A DNA stretch of 64,000 nt from Azolla caroliniana (lineage: Eukaryota; Plantae; Polypodiophyta): NCBI GenBank assembly GCA_043228905.1, contig JBHGNT010000016.1, forward strand, positions 9,238,001-9,302,000. Reading direction: 5' to 3'. A program made the translations under genes and the position numbers. The notes beneath the pieces were generated by a model. It did not search any database. It had not been told where the DNA came from and saw only the letters and a program-made list of their open reading frames with translations. Shown here piece by piece: positions 38,601-49,494 of this stretch; the first letter of the stretch is position 1; every line of letters starts with the position of its first letter.

Positions 38601-40770
38601 TGACTTCTTCCTAAGGTCTTGATTCGTGTTCTTAGCCTCCAAATGTGAATTATCCATACTTTATATGCTTCTAATGTTCAATGGCTTAGATTCCAAAAAC
38701 ACTTTTACACCTGGTATGGAAAAAGCAAAGAAGGATGCAAATAAAAAACCGAGAAGATCAGATAGAAAGAAAAAAATTGTTGAAAGATTTGGTTATGACA
38801 CATATATGGCTATGCATTATGCACACATGTCTAAAGTGGTACAAATCCCTGATCCAAATAGTTTTGATGAAGCAAAATTTGATAAGAAATGGGTGAATGC
38901 AATGCAAGAAGAAATAGATGCATTGGCTGAAAACAGAACATGGGATTTGGTAAAGTTACCAAAAGGAAAAAATGTTGTAGGTTGCAAATGGGTCTACAAG
39001 ACAAAGCATGATTCCAATGGAAATGTTAGTAGACATAACGCAAGACTTGTGGCAAAGGGATATGCCCAGATGCATGGAATTGATTATGATGAAACATTTG
39101 CATCGGTTGCAAAGATGACAACATTGAGAACACTACTTGCTATGAGTGCAGCCAAAAGATGGGTTCTGCACCATATGGATGTAAAAAATGTTTTTTTACA
39201 TGGTAACTTAGAAGAAGAAGTGTATATGTGTCAACCACCAGGTTTTGAATATAAGAAGCATCCAAAATATGTATGCAGGTTGAAAAAGGCTCTCTATGGA
39301 TTGAAACAAGCACCAAGGGCATGACATAAAGAACTTTCAAAATCTTTGAAAAAATTTGCTTTCAAAATGTCAAAGGTTGATCCATCATTGTATGTGAAAA
39401 GGATAAATGATTGCATTGTTGTTATTTTGATTTATGTTGATGATTTAAACATTGGAGGTGATTCCATGGATGAAATAAGCAAGTTGAAAAAAAATCTTGA
39501 AATGCAATTTCATATGAAGGATTTGGGAGAGCTGAGATACTTTCTTGGCATTGAGATGATCAGATCTGAAAGTGGTATATGTATGTTGCAAAAACAATAT
39601 GCAACAACTATGTTGAAGAAGTATGGTATGCTTGGATGCAAACCTATTGGTGTACCACTGGATAAGAACTGATTTGGGAGCCAAAATAGAAGATGTAAAC
39701 ATGTACAGGTCTATGGTGGGTAGCCTCATATATTTGACCATAACAAGACCTAATTTGAGTTATGTTGTTGGATTAGTCAGCCAGTTTATACAACAGCCAA
39801 CAAAGCCACATTTGGACTGCATTAGAAGAATTTTGAGGTATGTAAAAGCTACTCAAAATTATGGATTGTTTTACAGGGCTGATCTGGACATAAAGTTGGA
39901 AGGATATACAGATGTTGATTGGGTTGGAAGCCAAACTAACAGAAGATCCACAAGTGGATATATGTTTACATTGGGAAGTGTAGCTATTTCATGGAGTAGC
40001 AAGAAACAAGCTACTGTTGCACTATCAAGTAATGAAGCTGAATATAGAGGAGTTGCAATAGCTACCTATGAAGAGGTATGGATAAGAAGATTGCTTTCTG
40101 ATTTGGGAGAATATATAGATGGTGCAGTCACAATTTGGTATGACAATATGAGCAACATTCAACTGGCAAAGAACCCAGTGTTCCATGCAAGAACAAAGCA
40201 CATTGAAGTGCATTATCACTTTGTTAGAGAAAAAGTGATTGATGGAGAAGTTGATCTGATGTATGTAAGTACAAATAAGCAAGTGGCTAATATTCTTACA
40301 AAGGGATTGAGCATGGAAAAACATACACAGTTTAGAGACATGATGGGAGTTATAACCATCGGCATGGTAGCTAAAAAGCATGAAGAAAAGAAGATTGAAC
40401 ATGATCCCAAGAAAGGATAAGTTGAGCTTGAGGGGGAGTGTTGAGAAGCAAGATCAACAAAGGTATGTGATGCTTATTGAGAAATAAGCTATAGTAGTTA
40501 TTTGCTAATTAACTACTAGTGGACATAAAGGTGAAACAACTATTTAGCTATGCACAACTATTTAGCTATTGACAGCTAATTAGCTATTGACAGCTAATTA
40601 GTTGCATATATATAAGTCACTTATAACTAAGGTAAAAAGTAAGAAAGAAGTAGAAGTTGTACTTAGAGTGAGAGAAGAAAAAACAGAGAACAAAAAATTG
40701 ACGAGGGCGAGTTGAGCTTTGCGTGTAATGAAATAGAAGAAATTTTTTGGTTTGCTACACAGAGGTAAGT
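35661..40770 (+). mobile_element. 5'-truncated Ty1/copia element D (same family as B), multiple stops
   Basis: gag, CCHC, WYLDSG, HTDVWG integrase, RT, RNase H; PPT TTGAGCTTGAGGGGGAG identical to B; 3' LTR from 40439 (right end approximate). Confidence 0.88.
37967..38709 (-). mobile_element. 743-bp solo LTR inserted in element D
   Basis: TG...CA ends, 5-bp TSD CCTGG (37962-37966, 38710-38714); orientation inferred from TATA. Confidence 0.85.
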
Positions 40771-40901
40771 CTCCTTCCCCTTCCTTTCTTTCTTGAGCAC
40801 TAAACGATCCAGCACATCACGATCCGTTGTGCACACAGAAGGGCCGTAGTGCCTTCGTAACAAAGATGCCACCCCTTTGTCACTGCCACAGCTAGAACCA
40901 T

Positions 40902-41038
40902 CTAGATAGTCATCATCTTTGTGACCAATGCAAAGGTCTCATCGTAATCTATGTCATGGGTTTGAGCATATCCCTTGGTCACTAATCGGGCCTCGTACCA
41001 GTTGACCGAACCGTCGGCATTGTACTTTACCTTGTACA
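40902..41038 (-). mobile_element. copia RT fragment (family B/D)
   Basis: YKVKYNADGSVNWYEARLVTKGYAQ. Confidence 0.75.
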
Positions 41039-44000
41039 TGTTGAGAAATTGTTCCGTCAAATCACAATAAACGAATTGTGCTGAAATACGAATCACAGAT
41101 ATGCCAGAAAGGAAAGGAAAAAGAATGGTGCACAAAGATTTAACGTGGAAACCCTAAAACGGGAGAAAACCACGGGAACATAACTTCATTATGTATAGTG
41201 GATATACAATACAGAATGTTACAACACTCCTTCGAGTGTATCAGCCACGCAGGGCTCTTGACGTTTGCTGTTACGCACACAACTATGGCGCCGCTCACAC
41301 TCACTCTATCTCACACGCTCTTGGGCTACTTCTGTTCTATAATCTCTTATCTCACGTTTTTCCCTAAGTGTATTTATACTTATACAATGTATGGGCTATT
41401 TACAAATGTAGCCTCTACTGTTGGGAGACAGGTCCCTCCGGATGGGAAGGGAGAAGAACAGTGCCGACAAACAAACTCGGCCGAGGCCGAAACGGTATGA
41501 GGAGTACCCGGCTACGGAGAGCCGGATGACACAGGCCCGGTGTGAACCGGATGAGGAGTACCCGGCTACGGAGAGCCGGATGATACAGGCCCGGTGTGAA
41601 CCGGATGAGGAGTACCCGGCTACGGAGAGCCGGATGATACAGGCCCGGTGTGAACCGGATGAGGAGTACCCGACTACGGAGAGCCGGATGGTGCAGAACC
41701 GGTGAGAACCGGAGGAAGAGACATATTCGTAAATATGTTTCTGAGAGCCCATCGAGGCTATATTTGTAAATAGCCGAAAAGTCATATTAGTATAAATATG
41801 ACTTAGGGCAAACTTTTAGTGTTGTCATTCTTCCTTGTTGGTGCAAGAAGAAGAGAGAGCACGTAATAGTGTACAGAGAGAGAGAGAGAGAAAGAGGTCG
41901 TTGCCTCTGTTGTAACCGCCGCGTGTGGCGAAGATCTGTGAGCACGAGGTCGTTGCCTCAGTGAACTCACTGTTGTACATTCTCACATAGTGACAGTTTG
42001 CAGCCTGTGGGCTGCCGTGGTTTTTCCCTCTTTGGGTTTTCCACGTAAACCTCCTGTGTATTCTCTCCTTCTTTGTGTCGCGTTTTATTTCCCGTTTTCT
42101 GTGTATTATTCTAAGCTCGGTTGTGGCCGAGCCTTGCGCATAAGGAACGTTGGGTTCCCGTCATCTACTACATATCATTATTATTATTGCTATAATAATA
42201 ATAGTCGAACTATCAAACAATCGACTCACTGTTTTTGACTCTTTGACTGTCGGATTTCCGAACAGTCAGATCTTCCCTGTCTTCGACTGTCGGCACTCCT
42301 TGGTTAGATTAGTCGGCTCCTCATAGTCATTGACTGTCAGCAACTTCTGGACAGTCGGTTCCTCCTCCCACTGGAGGGAAATATTCCCAACAAACTCCCC
42401 CTTCACTCCTGTGGGAGGAAGTCAGTCAGTCTTGTCTTTTGTCGATAGACTCTGAGTCTATCCTTAGGTAGGTTCTTCGTCAGCATGTCGGATCCATTGT
42501 CGTCAGTGTGGATCTTCACCAAGGAAAACTCTCCTTCTTTGACTCTCTCCCGCAACCAGTGATGCCTTCTCTGTATATGTTTGGTCCGGGAGTGGTATGC
42601 AGCATTCTTGGCAAGATGTATGGCACTTTGGCTATCACAGTGAAGCAAGAGCTCCTTTTTCTTCATCCCTAATTCGGTGAGAAAACTTCTCATCCAGATC
42701 ATCTCTTTGCCGGCCTCTACCGCTGCCATATACTCTGCTTATGTAGTCGACAAAGCTACAGACTTCTGCAGTCGTGACTGCCACGACACTGCTCCCCCTG
42801 CATAGGTCATCATGTACCCTGACGTGGATCGGCTCGAGTCGACATCTCCCGACATGTCCGAGTCGGTAAAACCTTCCAGCATAGGTTTTCCGACACCATA
42901 CCTTAGGCATGCACCCGAGGTGCCCTTTAAGTACCTGAGTATCCACTTCACTACTGCCCAATGTTCTCTCCCTAGATTACTCATGTATCGGCTTACTGCT
43001 CCTACAACAAATGCTATGCCTGGTCTCGTACAGACCATAGCATACATTAGGCTGCCAATGGCCGAGGCATATGGTACCTTCCTCATCTCAGCCTTTTCCT
43101 TCTCCCCTTTCGGGCACTACATCACATTCAATCTGTAATTTGTCGGCAACACTAAGCCGACCGGCGTTGCATCTGACATGTTAAATCTCTCTAGGATCTT
43201 CGTCACATACTTCTGCTGTGACAACCATAGCACCTTTTGAGTTCTGTCTCGAACTATGTGCATTCCTAAGATCTGTTTAGCTGGTCCAAGGTCTTTCATG
43301 GCAAATGATTTGCCGAGAGCTTTCTTCAAGCTTCCAATCTTCCTTGTATCTTGACCGACTATCAACATGTCATCGACATATAGCAAGAGAATCAAGAAGT
43401 CTCCTTCTTCGTACCTTTTGACGAACACACAATGATCGGCCTGTGTTTTCTGGAATCGGTGTTCCATCATGAAGGACTCGAACTTCTTGTACCATTGGCG
43501 TGGAGCTTGTTTCAGACCGTACAAGATTTTCTTCAGTTGACACACCAGATTCTCTTTCCCTTTCTCCTCAAAGCCTTTGGGTTGCTGCATATAGATTGCT
43601 TCTTCTAGCTCCCTGTGCAGAAACGCGGTTTTGACATCCAACTATTCGATCTCCAGATCCATACTGGCTGCTATGCTCAGAACAATTTGAATGGATGTCA
43701 TCTTCACAATTGGTGCGGATATTTCGTCAAAGTCAATGCTCTTTTTCTGTTGACAACCCTTCACCACTATGCAGGCTTTATACCTGGGCTCATTGTCGGC
43801 TCCTCTAGTCTTCACTTTGTAGACCCATTTATTCCTGAGTGCTCTCTTACCTTTCGGCAACTCTACCAGGTCATAGGTGTAATTCTCGTGCAAGGATTCC
43901 AACTCATCTTGCATCGTGCTTAGCCATTTCGCTCTGTGCTCATCGGCAATGGCTTCTTCATAGCACTCCGGTTAACCTTCATTAGTCAAGAGGATGTATT

Positions 44001-46915
44001 GGCTGGGATATGTAGTCGGTGCTTTCCTCTCCCTAAGTGGGTATCTTCTTCCACTCGTTGTTGGCTCTCTTTCGGATGTCTTTGCCCAACTCTTCTCTCT
44101 ACTCGGGATTCTGCTCGTCAATCAGCCTCTCCTGGTTGGGTAATTCAAACTCATATTCATCAATTGACCTTTGCAGCTCTGTCGACTCTGACTCATAGTC
44201 AGTCGGTCTCTCTGAGTCGACCGACTCGGATTCGGCTCTGTCGGCCAGTTGTCTCCTTACAGCTGTCGGTGACGACTCACTTGGCCTTAAGTTGATGGTA
44301 GTCGGGGTTGACTGGGGAGTCGATTCCGACTTCTGTTGCTTCCAGTCTTCAATCGTCTTGTCTTCTAGAAAGACTACATCCCGACTTCTCACTACCTTCT
44401 TGTTTGTCGACTAGGTCCCATAGTCTGTAGCCGAATTCATCTTCAGAGTATCCCATGAATATGCATGCTTTCGACTTGTTGTCGAGCTTTGACCTCTGAT
44501 CTTTCGGTACATGCATGTACGCCAGACATCTGAACACCCTCAAACCCTAAACCCTGTCCACACCCTCTGTGGGACATCACCCTTCACTGGTACTGAGGGA
44601 GACCTGTTGATAAGATAAACAACTGTGTACATCGCCTCAGCCCAATAGGATTTTAGCAATTTCACATGAGAGAGCATGTTCCTTACTCTCTCCATGATCA
44701 TTCGATTCATCCTCTCTCCAAGCCCGTTCAACTCTGGGGTCTTTGGCACTGTGTATTCGATCCAAATACCTTGGCTCTTGCAGTATTCCTCAAATTGCCC
44801 TTTGTACTCGCCACCGTTGTCGGTTCAGACAACCTTCAACTTCCGACCAGACTCTCTTTTGGCTCTTGCCTGGAATTCCTTGAAAACCGACAATACTTGA
44901 TCCTTCGTCTTCAGTACGAAGGCCCATGTCTTCCGACTATGGTCTTCAATGAATGTCACAAAGTATTGTCCACCTCGATGCGATGGAGCATCAACATAGC
45001 ACACGTCCATGTGTACTAGTTCTAGTGCAACCTCTCTTCTTCTCGGTTGTCTCGTGTGGAATACAGCTCTGTTCTGCTTTCCAACTAAGCAGTCGACGCA
45101 CTTCTCCAGATGCACGCCCTTGACTTCTGGTAGAAGTTTATGGTCGGCTAACATGTGCATTCCCTTCTCACTCATGTGGCCTAGCCTCTTATGCCATATC
45201 TCACCTGCCAAGTCGGCTACCACATTTACTTCCGATTTGCACAGTCGGGCATGCATCATGTACAATGTGCCTTCTTTCTGTGCTCGGGCCACTATAAGAT
45301 TTCCTTGACAGAACTTCCACTTGCCATTTCGAAAGCTACCACTATAGCCTTCATCATCTAACCTTCTAGTCAATATCAAATTCAATCTGATATCGGGGAT
45401 CTGTCGAACATCCTTCAGTGTCAGTCGACACCCTGTCGACGTCGTTAAGCAAACACTTCCGACTCTGGTTACCCTGCACTCTCCACTGTCACCTATCTTT
45501 ACATAGCCATTATCCCCAGTTATGTAAGTCGAGAAATACTCTCTCAACGGAGTTATGTGGAACAATGCCCCGGAATCAATCACCCACGTGCAATCTTCAC
45601 TTGCAAGATTTGCAATCGTCTATTCACAAATGAACAGGAGTTCTTCATTGGTCGTAGCAATGGCCAAAGTGTTCTTCTCATCAGGAATCTTCCTGGGTTC
45701 GACATTATTTTCAACACTCTTATCTTTCTTTAAGTGTTGACAGTCCTTCTGGAAGTGTCCAGGCTTTCCACAATAAAAGCACACGGGCTTACCTCTGGAC
45801 TTTGATCTAGCATGGGATTTGTCCATTCGTTGCGGACTTCTTCTTCGCCGGTCTCTTCCTCTGTCCATATGTTGAGTCAGATTCGACTCCGATTGGGACA
45901 AGACTCCTTTGTCTTTCCTCCTTGCCTCCTCATTTAGGATACTTGTTTTCACCATTTATAAAGACAAGTTCTCTTCTTGACGGGAGGTGTTGAGAGTAAC
46001 CACCCAGTTCTCCCAGTTGTCCAGCAATGTGCACATTAGCAGGATTGCCTGCATTGCATCATCCAAGGGAAACTTGGTCGCAACAAGTTGATTTACATAC
46101 CCTATGAATGTGCTGATGTTTTCAGCGATGCTCTCACCGTCTCTGTATTTCAGCTGTACGATTTTTCTCATCAGCAAGGTTTTATTGAGCGCGTTCTTCC
46201 TCTCATACAGACCCGACAGCTTCTGCCACATTTTGTGGGCATTTGTTTCATTCGCCACATGCTGAAGGACACTTACATCGACCCACTATTGGATGGTGGC
46301 CACTACCTTTCGGCCCCTGGGTATATCTGCTCTATCGACTGGCTCATACAGGTCTTCACGATGAGGAGGCATTCCATCTTTATATTCCAGTCTGCATAGT
46401 TCTGTGAGTTTAGAACTATCGTACCTGGGAAACTGCTCACACCTCCTTCCATGCTTGCACCTGAGGCTCTGATACCAGTTTGTTGAGAAATCGTTCGGTC
46501 GAATCACAATAAACGAACTACGCTGAAATACGAATCACAGATATGCTAGAAAGGAAAGGACAAACAATGGTGCACAGAGATTTAACGTGGAAACCCTAAA
46601 ATGGGAGAAAACCACGGGAACAGAACTTCACTATGTATAGTGGATATACAACATAAAATGTTACAACACTCCTTCGAGTGTATCAGCAACGCAGGGCTCT
46701 TGACGTCTGTTGTTACGCACACAACTATGGCGCCGCTCACACTCGCTCACTCTATCTCACACACTCTCGCGCTACTTCTGTTCTACAATCTCTTATCTCA
46801 CGTTTTGCCCTAAGTGTATTTATACTTATACATTGTATGGGCTATTTACAAATGTAGCCTCTACTACGTATCATTATTATTATTGCTATAATAATAATAG
46901 GCGAACTATCAAACA
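41039..46915 (-). mobile_element. Degenerate Ty1/copia element, family E (Tnt1-like proteins)
   Basis: 3' LTR 41039-42392 (split by a solo LTR), PPT 42395-42403, gag-pol fragments 42403-46450, PBS TGGTATCAGAGC 46466-46477, truncated 5' LTR 46481-46915. Confidence 0.88.
41419..42163 (+). mobile_element. 745-bp solo LTR of a family E relative, in opposite orientation, containing 54-bp x4 tandem repeat (41497-41712)
   Basis: TG...CA, TSD TCTAC (41414-41418, 42164-42168). Confidence 0.88.
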
Positions 46916-47390
46916 GTTGCCAATGTCTAATTCAGAAGGTAAACAATTGTCCTGACCGCTTCATCCCAAGCTTCCTCAAGCATTTCCCTTGCCGCTTTGG
47001 TTATTGTCTGGTTCTTCCATTTGGCTATGCCGTTTTGTTGCGGTGGTAGGATCGGAACCAGCCACAACCAGTTACCCGTATGTACGTATATATATTTGGG
47101 TGCAAGGAAATGAGTAAGGTAATGCACAGACAGAAAAACAAGAAACAAAGACACAATATTTAATGTGGAAAACCCACGGGAGTCCTCAAACTCCGAATTA
47201 GATCACTATAAGGGGAAGAGTACAACGAGAAGCTCCAAGGCAGGAACCCACCCTCTAGTTGGCCCGACTAGTTGGTCGTGTCTTCAACTTGGATCACATC
47301 TACAACACTATCGACTCACCATGTTGACTCTTTCTCAGTCGAGTCACCCAATCGACTCTCCATGACTTAGACTGTCGGCTCCTCCCATAG
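46916..47390 (-). mobile_element. copia integrase scrap plus family E LTR fragment
   Basis: PQQNGIAKWKNQTI motif; TGTGGAAAACCC LTR motif. Confidence 0.6.
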
Positions 47391-48054
47391 TGTTACGGGC
47401 ATGACCATATAATTTATCCCGTGGTGAGAATTTACCGTAGTATTCTATACACGTGAATAAGTGTGAGGGTTAAACGAGAGTGTAAAGAAGGAGAGGATTA
47501 CTTTTAATCCTCGGGATTGAGACAACCCATTAGGCCAAGCGTGAACTTGCCTGGGGGCCTTGGGTATTGCTATAAATAAGAGGCCTAGCTACCCTCATTT
47601 GATGAGCTTGTTGACTATGTCGAGACTCTGTCTTGTGGTGGGTCAACTCCTGTAGCGAGCGCGCCAGCACCAGGTACGACTCGACGCCACGGCGGTGGTA
47701 TGGGACGTCGATCGAGGCTCGAGTCCGTCTCGATCCCTTCGCTCGGGGGTGGTCGGGTGGATCGTGTCATAACTAGACTCGAACCCATAACCTTTTGTTA
47801 CACGGGTCGAGACTTTACCATTAGGTTATAAATTGTAATTTGAAGGATATTATTTTCATTTAGGTTTTATTGGGAAATTGATGTATATTCCAGATTTCTC
47901 TGGAACATTCTAGAAACTTCAGGAGTATTCCTGAAGACACTATAAAAGGAGGCGCAAGGCATTAGTTCGAACCAAATCGGTTCAACGCCAGTCTTAAGCC
48001 TTCTAACTACTGTTGTATATCTTCCTTCATATAATACATATACCTTTCGCATCA

Positions 48055-48090
<36 letters not shown>

Positions 48091-48324
48091 ACCCATTCCT
48101 TCTCTCAAAGTTCGACACCTCTCATAGTACTAATCCTTCTCTGTCTTAGTACTATTCCCCGACAATAGTACTAATCCTTCTTTTAGTACTAATTCCTTCT
48201 CTGCCTTAATAGAGTTCCTGACAGTTTGAACCGATTTTTCGGTGCCTGTCTGGTCTTTTCTCTCCCTCTTCCTTCTGTCTCCCTCCTTTCCTATTAGTCT
48301 CTTATTTTCCTTTTCCTTCATCCC

Positions 48325-49494
48325 ATGGCCACCGTTAGCGCTGAAGAGTATCAATCCGTTTTCTCGGAATTTCAATGCTTGAAAGAGAAGTTTCATGCTT
48401 TGGAACAAGAAAATCAACGCTTGTTGGGGGATCTTCAGCAAATTTCCTTAGAAAAGCAGCAAACGCAACAACAGCATGGGGAACTTGCGTTACGCGTGCA
48501 ACAACTCGAAGCAACCATCGTAGCAATGCAACAACAAGGGCACGGAGCACAAGGGATTCATAAAGAACCCAAGATTGGCCTTCCCACGAAGTTTGATGGA
48601 ACGCGATCGCAGTTTAGAGGGTTTCTTAACCAGGTACGGTTAGTTATTCAAATGCATCCGTCCCGATATCCCACCGATGCATCACGAGTGGGTTTAGTAG
48701 GCACGTTGTTAAATGGCTCAGCATTAGCATGGTTCGCTCCGCTACTAGAAAAGGAATCTCCAGTACTAAATAATTTTGAAGAATTCATAAATGAGTTTAA
48801 AGCATGTTTTGGAGATACTGACAGCATAAGGACTGCAATCAACAAAATCCGGCGATTACGCCAAGGTGACCGTCCAGCCTCCGCATATGCTGCAGATTTC
48901 CGCCTACTCGCCGCCGATATCCCCTGGGATGATCAAGCATTGATGGAGCAGTTCCGCTATGGTCTACGCAACGATGTCAAGGATTTACTCTTGACTTTCC
49001 CTGAAGAGCCAAAATCATTAACAGAAGCAATCAGTCGAGCGGTCAGATGTGACAACCGCCTCTTCGAGCGACGTTCGGAACGACAATTTCAGATGCCGAG
49101 GGCAAGATCCGAGCCTACCTATGCCTCAGTGGTAGCAAAACCTTTTCAAAGGGAGTCACATAATGCGCCTCCAGTAAGTACTCCAACTCCAATGGAAATT
49201 GACACTACACGTCGTCGTGGGCCGCTATCGGAGGAGGAAAAGCAACGACGCCGAACAAACCGATTATGCCTTTATTGCGGTGGACCAGGGCATATCGCGA
49301 TAAACTGTCCCCATAGACCAAGAAGGCAGGTAAACCAAGTCGTTGTTAGTTCTGACTATACTAAACCCGAGTCTATTTCAGTAGGAATCTCTGATAGTCC
49401 TCATAGTCATAATAGTCCTAATAGTACTAATAGTCCGAATCTCGCAAACAAATTTGATGTCCTTAGCCAATTAGAAGAAGAGTTAAACGACTAA
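48325..49494 (+). CDS. gag: Gag (PEG10/Ty3-capsid-like) with CLYCGGPGHIAINC knuckle, 389 aa
   Basis: PTKFDG..FRGFL, LRQG.RPASAYAADF, PTPMEID motifs. Confidence 0.95.
   Translation: MATVSAEEYQSVFSEFQCLKEKFHALEQENQRLLGDLQQISLEKQQTQQQHGELALRVQQLEATIVAMQQQGHGAQGIHKEPKIGLPTKFDGTRSQFRGFLNQVRLVIQMHPSRYPTDASRVGLVGTLLNGSALAWFAPLLEKESPVLNNFEEFINEFKACFGDTDSIRTAINKIRRLRQGDRPASAYAADFRLLAADIPWDDQALMEQFRYGLRNDVKDLLLTFPEEPKSLTEAISRAVRCDNRLFERRSERQFQMPRARSEPTYASVVAKPFQRESHNAPPVSTPTPMEIDTTRRRGPLSEEEKQRRRTNRLCLYCGGPGHIAINCPHRPRRQVNQVVVSSDYTKPESISVGISDSPHSHNSPNSTNSPNLANKFDVLSQLEEELND

Noticed and set aside
41421-41705. Repeat protein (YPATESRMIQARCEPDEE)n
   Set aside because: Translation of a 54-bp LTR tandem repeat; no ATG start
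47867-48088. Antisense 73-aa ORF duplicated at 53173-53394
   Set aside because: It is the LTR itself, including a CT microsatellite
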